Positions 22,813 to 35,207 of a stretch of 64,000 nt of DNA are shown here, piece by piece. The translations under genes were made by a program, and so were the position numbers. Origin of the DNA: Amoebidium appalachense (lineage: Eukaryota; Protista; Ichthyosporea); the NCBI GenBank assembly GCA_963693365.1, contig CAVNZM010000001.1, forward strand, positions 1,146,062-1,210,061. The letters run 5' to 3'. The notes beneath the pieces are model-generated. The model saw only the letters and a program-made list of their open reading frames with translations, ran no database searches and was not told where the DNA came from. The first letter of the stretch is position 1, and the number at the start of each line of letters is the position of its first letter.

Positions 22813-24299
22813 CCCCCCCCCCCCCCCCCGTATCTCTCTCTCCCTTGTTTCCGTGAGCACAGATATCTGTAGATCTGTGCACACCTGGCTCTCTTGCCTG
22901 ATAAGAACTTATTGTATTTTATTTCTGTTTGCTCTCCTCTGTTTATCTGAGAGGTAGCGTGATTGGCTAGCCACACTCGTTGTCTTTCCTTTATTTCAAA
23001 ATGGCTTAGTTTTGTTCTCAAAAGGATGGCTCGCCAATAGTCGCGAGCGAGTACATCTGTAGATCGTGTTGTGCATTCCTGTCTATTAATATATGTGTGT
23101 TGTGATTGGACAATAGATATATATGGAATTCGGTTTGTTGCAAAGTGTCTTCACTTTGAGAGTGTCGACTATTAGGAAATATATGTATTTAAATAAGTTT
23201 CTTCATAGAGACGAACATAAATATATATGTGAGTTAATAGTGACTAGATGTATAATTACTTAATTTATTTAAGTAAGAGTTTCTAAACTTTAGTTTAATC
23301 GGAAGTTGGAATGCGTATGCTCTGTCGAATGTATTTTTCTATCTTCTGATAGAACCGATTGGTTCTCCCTCTTTAGTTGTGATAAAGTGATAAGTCGCAA
23401 GTACAAAATGAACCGAGAGCACAATAAAGATTCAGTTGTTGTTTGAAATCTTTCAATGTCTCGTGAACAACTCCGATTGCCCTCTCATTAATGTGTTAGT
23501 CGTGTTTTACATGACACCTCTGTGCACTCTGCTCCCTTAGACCCGTACAAAAACAACAATGCGTGTTAGAGCTGTGACCTTGACTATGTCAAATACATAT
23601 AATAATGTTCTCATAACTACACTTCATATTCCCCACTAACCCCCCCCCCCCCCCCCTAGAACGTCAAAAGCTGGGACAAGATCTCCAAGGCCCGTGCCGA
23701 TGCGGTGAAAGATCTGGACCTGGCGGATGACTACAAGGCCAACAAGAACGCCAAGCAGCAGGACGCTGCAAAGGAGAGGGGCCCCAAGTCTGTCAAGCGG
23801 ACTAGGGAAGACGTCGACGACAGCAGCGAGGCCCAGGGCGGTGGCCTAAGCAAGAAGGGCAAGAGTACGGTTGGGTCGCCGGTAGCCCCGGCCCCGGCTC
23901 CCAACCAGCAAGGTGATGAAGAGGGTGGTGAGGAGGAAAATGGGTGGGTTGAGGAGGGGGATGGCGTGAAGGGCAATGAGAAGGTGGAGGAGGAATTGGA
24001 TGAAGAAAATGGGGAAGGGGGGCAAACTTGAAGCGTGAGAGATCTGAGAGTGAGGAGGAGAGCGAGGATGAGGAAGGAGGGAGGAGTCGAAAGCGGGAGA
24101 GGAAGGATAGTGAGAATGAGGGTGGGGAGGAAGAAGGAGAAGAGGGTGGGGAGGAGGAAGTCGAGACTTAGAAATTTGTTGTATTGCAGTCTCGCTCCTG
24201 TGGAACGAGACAAAAAAGTACATCGACTCTGCTCCTGTGGAGCGAGACGCAAAGAAACGTCTTTATGTGCTCTTCTTACCGTCTATTGTCATATTCAAG

Positions 24300-25111
24300 T
24301 TGTATGTGTCCTTACAGTGATTTTATGACGTTTGATGTATGATATCATTATCATACATGGAACATGCCATTATGCATGTAAGGATGGTTTTATGACGCAC
24401 CAAAAAGCACATTGTGCATGTGCATAGCACACCGTTACAACATATGCAAGTGCACATTACGACGTCAAATGTATTAATATGCGTCATCTACATTATATGT
24501 CGTAATGTCCTCCTATGCATCTGTTTACAACATCGTAATGTAGTCTGTAGTAGGATGCAAATCACATCTTATGATAGGTCATGGGATAGCACAAACCCAC
24601 CCATGGTATATCCACTGGTTGTGTTTCGGATGTCGGAAAGAGCGCCGGAACGATTGGATTTCGATCTATTTTTATAATCAACTGGATGGGTTTGCAGTGC
24701 TCCAATTGCATTGCTTTACAACATACAATAGACATACATGTGATAGTCATAGGTATTTGATCAAGAGAGTATTAATACCATACATTCGATACGTTTACAA
24801 TGCTCCGTTATATGGCTTTACATCAGACCATAGACATGCATAAGATCGTCCACAGGGTGGCGTTCTGATCCTCCCGTCGACGGTGTTACGACTGTCTGAA
24901 TGCTCCCTGGCCGCCGTCATATACCCACCGACTAGACGTCGTATGTTGAATCTATTGCACGTCCATTGCACGTCGGTAAGATGGCTACATTGCACATCCA
25001 TTGAACAAGCACTCGCGGGGGTCTATGTACGTCCATTGGTGCATCGGGTGTCGGACCGAGCATATTACGACACATCCATTGGACATCGGGGAGCAATGAT
25101 ATGTATTTGGG
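24300..25111. mobile_element. Possible subterminal region and right end of a CMC/EnSpm-like DNA transposon
   Basis: Dispersed short motifs (AC(G/A)TCCATTG x4 in 24958-25081; many GACGT/ACGTC and ATGTCG) ending at TGGG 25108-25111, where composition changes. The other terminus is not in the window. Confidence 0.3.
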
Positions 25112-25994
25112 GTTAGTTTTGGAGGGGTTGAGGGGTTTCCGATGTCGTCGGGTAGTTTACGACAGCTTTTGGATGCCGCAACAAGATTGCTGATGAAGGC
25201 ATGACAGAAGCTCTCGACAGAAGCTCTGGTCAAGATGAGTCAGATCTTGTCAAGGGGAGTGACGGAGGACCGGTTACGGCCGGTCGCGGGAGGAGCCGAG
25301 AGGCTAGGTGACGGCGGGAAGTGCCAGAGACGGAATGTGCAGAAAAGCACAAACGGGTTTAGGGGACGCCAGGGAGAGATGTACACGGCCTCAGCACCAA
25401 GAGGAAGGGGGGCGGCGTCAATTCACGAATCATTCAATAGGCACTCAACGTTAACACGCAAGTGACCATTAGATGAGGTGCATGAGGAGCTGACCACAGC
25501 TATGATGTGTACCAGGAATTTAACGATTGCTAGGTCTAGATGTGTTGCGAGAGGGTGCGAAAATGGGCCTTTAACCTGTTGTTTTGTACGGGTCTAAGGG
25601 AGCAGAGTGCACAGAGGTGTCATGTAAAACACGACTAACACATTAATGAGAGGGCAATCGGAGTTGTTCACGAGACATTGAAAGATTCTTGAAAGATTCA
25701 AACAACAACTGATTCTTTATTGTGCTCTCGGTTCCTTTTGTACTTGCGACTTATCATCTTATCACAACTATAGAGGGAGAACCAATCGGTTCTATCAGAA
25801 GATACAAAAACACATTCCGACAGAGCATACGCATTCCAACTTCCGATTAAACTAAAGTTTAGAAACTCTTACTTAAATAAATTAAGTAATTATACATCTA
25901 GTCACTATTAACTCACATATATATTTATGTTCGTCTCTATAAAGAAACTTATTTAAATACATATATTTCCTAATAGTCGACACTCTCAAAGTGA
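25112..25994 (-). mobile_element. Truncated LTR-C (25577-25994) with PBS and a non-gag internal segment
   Basis: Reverse PBS TGGGCCTTTAACC at 25564-25576; the leader matches Copia-2 for ~40 nt, then diverges; the LTR is fused to Copia-1 pol through AGTGA microhomology at ~25990-25994. The left boundary is uncertain. Confidence 0.75.
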
Positions 25995-28796
25995 GTCTTG
26001 CCGGGGTTGGTGCTAAACCGACCGAGGAAAGCCGATGGCATAGGCAATGTCGGGACGGGTGCACCGTGCCACCCAGAGGAGACGGCCGAGTAACTCACGG
26101 TAGGGCACGGTGAACGGTTGGGGGGGGCAGTCAGCCAGGGAGACGGTGGTGCCTGCAGGGATGGGGGTAGACTTGGACTTGGCATCGGTGAGGTTGAAGT
26201 CGTGGATGATATCCATGATGTAAGACCTCTGGTGCATGTGGAGGTGATGGGGATCAGAGTGATTAAAATCAACACCGAGCATACGGTCAAATGGACTCAT
26301 ACGACAGCTGGCCAACTTGCTGATGTGGGCAGCCAGGTCACTGGCAGCAGTAGAACCCCGGGTGTTGGTGATGGTGGAGTCGTCGACGTAGTTACCAGCC
26401 CGAACCACATCGTTGTTGGGGAAGAACCGGAGGTAGATGCACGTGTCAGTCTTAGTACGGGTCAGGCCATGGGCAAGAAGAATGCCGTCGAGGAAGTCGT
26501 ACCAAGCCTTGGAGGCTTGCTTGAGGCCATACAGGGCTTTCTTGAGTCTCCAGACCTTGCCAAGTGTGGCCATGGTGATGAATCCCGGGGGTTGTTTCAT
26601 GTAGATGGTCTCGGTGAGTGGGCTGTTGAGAAAGGCCGTAGACACGTCGAGTTGATGGATGTCATGACCTTCAACAACGGCCAGAGCTAGGATAGCACGG
26701 AGAGCAGCCGGACGGATGACAGGGCTCTCAATCAACTCATAGTCAACACCGTATTGCTGACTGAAGCCTTGAGCAACACCACGGGCCTTGATCTTGGTGT
26801 CACCAGCCGAGTTGAGAGTTTTCTCGGAGACAATCCACTTGAAGCCGACGATGTTAGCACCAAGGGGAGGGTCAACAAGTTCAAAGATGTCTTTGTCGAC
26901 GAAGGCTTGATACTCAGCAGTGAGGGCTGACTTGACCTGGTCACCATTGGGTCCGGAACACAGTTGACGGACAAGTTTGGGTAGTTGGTCGATGTTGATG
27001 GGGGGACCGGGGGGAACTGGCAGGGTGGTGGTGGCTTTAAGTCCAACCTTGCCCTGTAGACGGGCAGAACGACGGGGTGCAGGAACCGGGGGAGGTGGAG
27101 ACGGGGGGGGGGAACTTGGAAGTTCGGAATTGCAGGGGGGGCAACCTCCGGGCTTGACGGGGCCGAGTGGAAGTTGTCAGGGGAGCCGGGTCGGATGGGG
27201 GTGACGTTGCCAGGGGCAGGATGAAGGTCGGCAGGCTGGACGGGCACGGGGGCAGGGGGGCCGGTGGGGGGGGGTGTCGGGGGAACGACGATGGCAGGGG
27301 GGGGGCCAGAGTACACCAGACAAACATCATCTTCAGTGTCAACTGTGGGGGTTGGGGTGGTCGAGGTGGCAGTGGTGTCGGGGGTCGGAAGTGTTGATGG
27401 GATGTCGGATGGGAGATAAGCTGATTCGTCGAAAATCACATCACGGAAGAGACTGGCACGATGGGTGGTGGGGTTGAAGATCCGGTGGCAGTGTGATTGA
27501 AGATCATAGCCGATATACATGCCGAGTTTGACGGTGGGGGCCAGCTTGTTCCGTTTAGAGGCTGGCACATGAGTGTAGGCAGGGCAACCGAACACTTTGA
27601 GCTCGGAGATGTCGGGCTTGACACCGTAGAAAACCTCGAATGGTGTACGACCATTGGCAGTCGTGGACGGGGTGACGTTGATGATGTAGGCGGCATGTTG
27701 GAGGGCCTCAGCCCACAGTTTGGGGGACAGAGACTGATCTTGGACTTGATGGAGGAGGCAACGAACAATCTCTTGGAGGAACCGCATACGACGTTCAACA
27801 TAGCCGTTCAGTTGAGGGCAGTCCACCGGAGCATAGCTGGCCTTGATGCCCTGGGAGAGGCAAAAAGCACGGGTAGCCTTGGAGGTGAACTCGGAGCCGG
27901 AGTCGAAGTGGTAGACACCAACTTTGGAGGGGGCATGGGTAGCAACGAGGTTGGTGTGAACTGTGATAATGTCCAGGGTGGTTGTACGGTCGGCCATCGG
28001 GTAGATTTTGACGAGTCCAGAGGCACGGCAGACAGTGACGAGAGCAACCTTGGAACCTCCGTACGATGTTGTGGTAGGCTCAAAAAAATCCCAATGCCAT
28101 TCATGACCGGGGATGTTGGAGTGAGGACGGTCACCCTTGAACGGAGCCTTGGTGGTTTTACCCATAATGCAGCCATGACAATCAGGAACATCACAGTCGA
28201 GGACAGACGAGGGGAGACCAATAACAAGGTCGTGTTTCACCATGTCTTTGATGCTGGTCATAGCACGGTGCCCCAGACGATGGTGGCACCAGATGGATGG
28301 GTTAATACTGGTAGTGGCAGCCAGAGCCACAGGACGAGTGGGTGGTTGAATGGTGTAGTCCTTGAAGTAATACAGACCGTTGTGTAGACGGAGGTTGACG
28401 AGATGACGGCCGGTGAGTCGGTCGAAGAGGAATGACGGAGTGGAGGCATCATTCAAATCACCCTTGATGTATTCGGCAGCAGCTTGGGATGTTGAAATGA
28501 GGAAGGCTTGGCCAGACGGGGTGTAGTAGGCTTCAATGGTAAGGGAGGCAGTGCCATGGTCGGTGGTGGTGTTGATGACGATACGGCCGGTGTGGGTGGC
28601 CAAGACGGGGGTTCCATTGAAGGCAGCAACGGGAGTCGGTGTCGGAAGGGGAGGGAGGTCATGGAAGAACTCACGGTTGGGGCAGACAGTCATGTTGCAC
28701 CCGGAATCCCAGGCAGGGTCGGAGGACACGGGGACGGAGCTAGCATTGTATGCCGAGAAAGCAAAGGAGACAGATTTCTCACTGCCTTGACGGGAA
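25990..28796 (-). pseudogene. pol: Copia-1 pol (PR, complete IN core, RT; RNase H lost)
   Basis: Track ORFs 26732-28729 and 26013-26735 carry WDSGC, HHRLGH, DSGSEF and YVDD. Confidence 0.9.
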
Positions 28797-30718
28797 TGTT
28801 ATAATACGTGGTATTTACATATTGTAAGATCTTCTCAGTTCGTGTTATGTTTTCATTCATTCACTTAGTGAAAGAGATGTGCTCCTTGTACGTAAATTAT
28901 GAGATCGATCTCCAGTGTATTTGAGTACTTGTAATCGTGTTGTGTCGGCTATATTCGTGTGTTTAGATATCGATTACAGCAACTGATTATAGGTACACGA
29001 GTCTACCCAGTAAGGGAGAAACGTGTACATGTTATGTGTACATGAATATCTTCGGTTATAACTGTGTTTTGCTGTTCGTGTTTTCTGTCCTGCTTTCTTT
29101 TCTTTTTCCTCTTTCTTCTTCTTTCTTTTCTCTTTCTTTCTTCTCTTGTTTCCTTTCACATAATTACATTTCTCTCTCACTAATATACGTTGAGTAGATT
29201 TATATTACTCGTTATGTTTTGATTGGTAGAAAAAACACTTAGGCTACACTTTAGCTTGTCAGGTATGATTCATAGCTTAGTCAAACACTTTTGTTTTGTG
29301 TGTTGCCTTACTATATCCAATCAGTGGGCTTAGTCAGAAAATGTCTGAGTCTTTGTAGCCGATGATAGGTTAGAAACATCACCTCTTTCCTCGTTACTCT
29401 TCACCTCTTTTCTTTCTTATAGCTGTGACCTATGGTGTGCGTTCCTGTGCCTCCGGATCTATCCGGGAAATAATCAGTTAATTGTGATTGGTTATTTTAG
29501 ACATAGATCTGATTTCCGACTGGTCGGAAATCATGTATGGATTTAACTTAAGCGAATTTCAGGTATTTATTAGCGATCAAAATAAATTGAGTTCAGTCGT
29601 GTCTAAACATTGATGTCTGTTGTGTACACTTCTCCGATCGCTCCGTGTTTTGTTGTTGTGTGTGTCTGTGGTGTTTTCACACTGCACCACTGTGTCTCTG
29701 CTTACATCCCAAATACTTATACAATTAAACAGGTTATGCAGCCCTTTTGCACGCTCCCTACACACATCTAGCACTCGCGCTCGTTTTTCAATCATGGATC
29801 CAAACAAAACTGGCGTAAACAAAATCACCATGTGGAAAGGTGAAGGGAAGACTGGTCCCGATAGCAAAACCACCTATTTTCAATGGGAAATCATTTTTCT
29901 CGGCATGATGACCGGCACTAAAGGTGTCCGACTCGTGGATGTTGTACTTGCTGACAACTACGTCCCCCCTACCACCGTCGCGGTTGACGGTGAACCCCCC
30001 TTCTATGGCTACGGCACTACCGCGGAACTCAAGGAGGCCCGCAATTGCCTCCTGCTCCATATGATACAGAACATCGACCCTTCCGTCCTCACCACAGTTG
30101 CCCAGTACCGTATTGGCATGGACCCTGAACGGGCCATGTGGAAATTCCGTCAACACTACCTCCAAGGCAAACCCGATCAGATCCGCATCCTTCACCGTCA
30201 GTGGGATGCCTGTGCCCTTCAGCCCGGTGAATCATTCACCACCTACCTGAGCCGTCTGCAGACCATCGTAAACCAGCTCCAGTCTCTCCAAGATGAGTCC
30301 ATTCACTTCACTCGTCTAGCTGAGAAGTTCTTCAATGAACTCACCACCAGAGACGACCTCACCCCCGAGTTCAACCGTCTTATCGAAGACTATCACTTCG
30401 GTGATAAGCTATTCCCCGACTTCGAGTCCCTCCACAACCACGTCAAGGGCATCGAGTTACGTCAGGACCTCAAGATGCAACTCCGGAGCAACCGTGCCCA
30501 CCGTGCCTCCAAGTCCAGCATGGCATTAAATGCCAGTGCTCCCCCCCCGTGATCTTCCTCGCCGTGACTTACGCACCCGACTTGACCGTACCCCTGGTAC
30601 GGACCTCCGAACTCGTCTCTCCCGTCAGCACACCCGATCCCGTTCCCCTCACCGGCCTGCCTTCCGGTCCACGTCTCGTTCCCCCAGTCGTTCCCGTTTC
30701 TCGGGTTCCCGTCGTTCT

Positions 30719-33700
30719 TGTAAACAACTGTACACATGAACTGTACATGTTGACTAAAGAATGTGATCTACTAGCACACAATTCGCTCTTTGTCATGAAT
30801 ATCACATAAATATTATGTCCACACCAATAGGAATCAATCTTACCTAAGAAATGAACCATGTATGATTCTACCGCTGCATACCACATAAACGAAGTGAACC
30901 AATAAGATGTTTGCATAAATAGGACGAAGGTCTGACTGGCTTGGACCGCACCAGAATCACGAATGGCATGTTGCCACCCGCGCTGGCCGCGGATGAAGCA
31001 ATCCTGGGCCTTGATCCGAAACCTGGGGTGTTATAATACGTAGTATTTACATATTGTAAGATCTTCTCAGTTCGTGTTATGTTTTCATTCATTTACTTAA
31101 TGAAAAAGATGTGCTCCTTGTACGTAAATTATGACATCGATCTCCAGTGTATTTGAGTACTTGTAATCGTGTTGTGTCGGCTATATTCGTGTGTTTAGAT
31201 ATCGATTACAGCAACTGATTATAGGTACACGAGTCTACCCAGTGAGGGAGAAACGTGTACATGTTATGTGTACATGAATATCTTCGGTTATAACTGTGTT
31301 TTGCTGTTCGTGTTTTCTGTCCTGCTTTCTTTTCTTTTTTTCCTCTTTCTTCTTCTTTCTTTTCTCTTTCTTTCTTCTCTTGTTTCCTTTCACATAATTA
31401 TATTTCTCTCTCACTAATATACGTTGAGTAGATTTATATTACTCGTTATGTTTTGATTGGTAGAAAAACACTTAGGCTACACTTTAGCTTGTCAGGTATG
31501 ATTCATAGCTTAGTCAAACACTTTTGTTTTGTGTGTTGCCGTACTATATCCAATCAGTGGACTTAGTCAGAAAATGTCTGAGTCTTTGTAGCCGATGATA
31601 GGTTAGAAACATCACCTCTTTCCTCGTTACTCTTCACCTCTTTTCTTTCTTATAGCTGTGACCTATGGTGTGCGTTCCTGTGTCTCCGGATCTATCCGGG
31701 AAATAATCAGTTAATTGTGATTGGTTATTTTAGACATAGATCTGATTTCCGACTGGTCGGAAATCATGTATGGATTTAACTTAAGGGAATTTCAGGTATT
31801 TATTAGCGATCAAAATAAATTGAGTTCAGTCGTGTCTAAACATTGATGTCTGTTGTGTACACTTCTCCGATCCTTCCGTGTTTTGTTGTTGTGTGTCTGT
31901 GGTGTTTTCACACTGCACCACTGTGTCTCTGCTTTCATCCCAAAATACTTATACAATTTAACAATAACAAAGCCGTCCCAGTACGGGGATCACATCAGTG
32001 AAGTCTGAGACAGACTGAGTCGGCCCATAGTAAAAGCAACCTGGCCGCGTGTGCCTTTCTACCCGTTCTCTGTCTTTATTTTGATTCAGTTGTACTCTGC
32101 CTTATCCTAACTAGTCCAACTGTTTACATTGGCGACCGCGCAGTTCAAGAATCTCGCATCCTTCGAATCTCACATCTTTCAATCAGTTCAAGAATCTCAC
32201 ATCTTTCAATCAGCTCAAGAATCTCCCATGGCCGATCACAACCCTTTTTCCCCCGATGATAGGCACATCTTTCCTTGTCCGGCTTAGAATATATACACCT
32301 ACAAGTTTGAAGTGGCCAGCCCACCTACACGGAAAGAATTGAAAGCATGTAAAACTTCTTTTGCTACGACACATCAAAAATGTGAAGAAAAAACGAATAC
32401 ACAACGAAACAACGAATACACGAACAAACGAATAAAGAATTGCTAACGAAGCAATGAACCAACGAAAAACGAACCATCACGAATACGCAATGAAATAAAG
32501 AATTAACGACAAGCGAATGCATAGAGGAAATACGAATGAATGCAACACAAAACAAAACAAAGTAACGAAGTTATCAAACGACAAAAAACGAAAAACGAAA
32601 GCAAAATGAAATGGAAATACGAAAATGAAAGAACGAATGCACAACACTGCTTGGGTTGCAATGCACACAGCCCCCTCTATGTTACGAAGAAAAGAAAACC
32701 GTTGCCCTTGCGTGCATTGCGCTATTGCACACTGTCATCGTGTCCATGCCACCGCATGCCACCGCATGCACCTCCACACTCGCAAGCCAGATGCACGGCC
32801 ACTTTCAGCACGAATGCATTTAAAGAAGAAGATAGTCGCTGTTCCTATAGCATTGAGGACATAAGGTGCTGTGAAAGTAGTTTTGCATGCATGCTTCGAA
32901 TTTCTCGCTGTTTTCGAATACAGCATGCCCCATAGTTTAGCGCACAGGATGCACAACATGCGCATGAATGTATGCTGGCATGCCTAAACACATTACGAAC
33001 ATATGCCTCATGTATGGCGGCCCTTCCTGGTGCCACGCCCTAACGAATTTGCACTCTTGGTGCACAAAAGGCATGTAATAAAGTCGATGCAGAACTTTTG
33101 TTCATGCATGTGAAAAACAAAGAAGGTGTTGGGTACGAATTTTAAGGTGAATGCCCGTCTGTGGCAATACTGTGTAACATACCAATTACACTGTCAAGCC
33201 TTGCACTAGCTGCCGGCACACCCCCACCAGAACAAAAGAATGTGGTATGGGCACCGTTCCCTCACAACCCCAGGCATACAGTGTCAGTATTTTGGCTGGA
33301 AGCCTTTCAGTTTCGAATTACGAATACCCTCCTTCACTACTGAAGAAAGTGACGTGGAAGACGAATACGAATACGAATGCAAGGTGTTGTTGACTAACAC
33401 ATCGGACCATCATGTGTACCTAGGCCCTGGTACGGAGGTGACCATGTTATTCCCTTGCAATATGATGACACTGGAACAATTTAGCACGTGCATACCCCAC
33501 CAATGGGCACATGCGGGAGACAACCCCACAAGCTGCCTTATTGGGCACCTCTGCTAAAACGAATATTCTTCTCACGAAGGAACAGAAGAATGCCACGAAC
33601 ACGAACCACACACCCCCCAGGCAGCTACTTACGTCTGATGTATGAAAGTAGTAGGTGTGTGAATGGGGTAACTCCATGAACACCAACACGAAAGAAAGCA

Positions 33701-35207
33701 CAGCACAAAGCAGTTCCACGAACACGAATGGTTTTGGTTTTCCACACAACAAACAGAACCAACAGTAGGGCCACCTACAAAAGAAGCAGAGGATGGGGCA
33801 CCATCCAGACCTGCACTGGAGGATATGAAGATACGAAGCGCGCTCACGAAGTTGCTTACAAAAGAAAGGGCGACTCTGACGACTTTTCTTTTTAGGCCAA
33901 GCCTCCAGAAGAATGTATTATGCCTGGAATCCCCCTGCTCAACGAAAAATGGCTGGCAAATGGGATACGAAAACTGCTCACGAATGGAAGCATGTGTTTT
34001 CTGAAGAAGGTTTGCTTTGCCTACCCTCTTCTTATGAATTATGAACCGGGTTTTTACTGGTTCGAATTCTGACGGGCTGATATATTTCTTTATGTCGCCC
34101 AACGAAGAACACTTGGGGCATTTTTATTCATGTTTTTCCCAGCTCCGATGATGCAGGGTTAAAGCTGAAAGGAAAGAAGTGCTATTTGTTCATGAAAGAA
34201 GTGGCTTTTCTGGCCATGGCGACTCGCCTTACAGTCTTAAGGTAGAACCGGGATAAGGAGCAGCGGCTAAGCCTTGAAGCTATCCACCACTACCTGAGCT
34301 ACGAAGTGACCTAAGGCTTGAGTTACATTCATTATCGAATGCTTGGTATGATCATTCATCCACACAACCAAATTACTCGCAATTGAAAACGAATCTGCGG
34401 GAGTATCCTAAAAAGGAAAAATTCCCAAAAAGGAAAATATTACTTCTACAGAAAAAGCCAAGCACAGAGACGAAGCGAACAATTCGCACGAACACTCTGC
34501 AACAATCTTCGCCACGAAAATGAACGCACAGAAGAATGCTGCATGAATTTACGTTTTGGCAAACGAAGAAGTGCTCATAGACGTGCACAACTCTATTCAA
34601 CCATCCTTGCTCTGTTCTGCCCAGCAGCTCGGCGCACAAGAATTCTCGCTGAAGGTTGTTTATCGCCTCTCAGCCTGGTGGTTTGCTTGCCTAACGACAC
34701 CACCAGGCTCCCGACAAGGGGGGGGAGTGTAAACAACTGTACACATGAACTGTACATGTTTACTAAAGAATGTGATCTACTAGCACACAATTCGTTCTTT
34801 GTCATGAATATCACATAAATATTATGTCCACACCAATAGGAATCAATCTTACCTAAGAAATGAACCATGTATGATTCTACCGCTGCATACCACATAAACG
34901 AAGTGAACCAATAAGATGTTTGCATAAATAGGACGAAGGTCTGACTGGCTTGGACCGCACCAGAATCACGAATGGCATGTTGCCACCCGCGCTGGCCGCG
35001 GATGAAGCAATCCTGGGCCTTGATCCGAAACCTGGGGGCTATATAACAAAGCCGTCCCAGTACGGGGATCACATCAGTGAAGTCTGAGACAGACTGAGTC
35101 GGCCCATAGTAAAAGCAACCTGGCCGCGTGTGCCTTTCTACCCGTTCTCTGTCTTTATTTTGATTCAGTTGTACTCTGCCTTATCCTAACTAGTCCAACT
35201 GTTTACA
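30719..35207 (+). mobile_element. Non-autonomous LTR retroelement (LTR-D, 480-bp LTRs; LARD/TRIM-like, probably Ty3/gypsy-dependent)
   Basis: TGTAAACA...TGTTTACA LTRs at 30719-32128 (interrupted) and 34728-35207; TSD GTTCT at 30714-30718 and 35208-35212; PBS TGGCGACCGCG 32130-32140; purine tract 34716-34727; no gag/pol ORF in the 2.6-kb interior. Confidence 0.92.
31029..31963 (+). mobile_element. Solo LTR, Copia-1 type B, inside the 5' LTR-D, without TSD
   Basis: Complete TG...CA LTR; flanks TGGGG and ATAAC do not match. Confidence 0.95.

Larger units (their letters stand above)
15550..23558 (+). mobile_element. Ty1/copia LTR retrotransposon Copia-2 (LTR-C), rearranged 3' region
   Basis: LTRs 15550-16457 and 22632-23558 (TGTTGG...CAACA); TSD ATGCG at 15545-15549 and 23559-23563; PBS GGTTAAAGGCCCA 16458-16470. 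Confidence 0.95.
1381..24031 (+). pseudogene. Intron-containing gene of unknown function, disrupted by LTR retrotransposon insertions
   Basis: GC-rich exons with GT/AG borders join in phase: ~1381-1618, 3282-3510, 3998-4327, 4739-4981, 5497-5626 + 15269-15312 (exon split by Copia-1, reads ...VYHAD|QPDYEGG... after removing element and one TSD), a doubtful stop-containing segment ~15452-15542, and last exon 23660-24031 (NVKSWDKI...acidic tail, TGA). Start codon not located; no recognisable domain. Confidence 0.7.

Noticed and set aside
27497-28387. Long antisense or alternate-frame ORFs over pol (also 35738-36634, 20564-21742)
   Set aside because: They are shadows of strong C-ending codon bias in the real pol frame.
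34728-35207. Hammerhead ribozyme in LTR-D (retrozyme)
   Set aside because: No CTGANGA core on either strand; the near match CGGATGA...CGAAAC lacks pairing stems by eye. An Infernal search would settle it.
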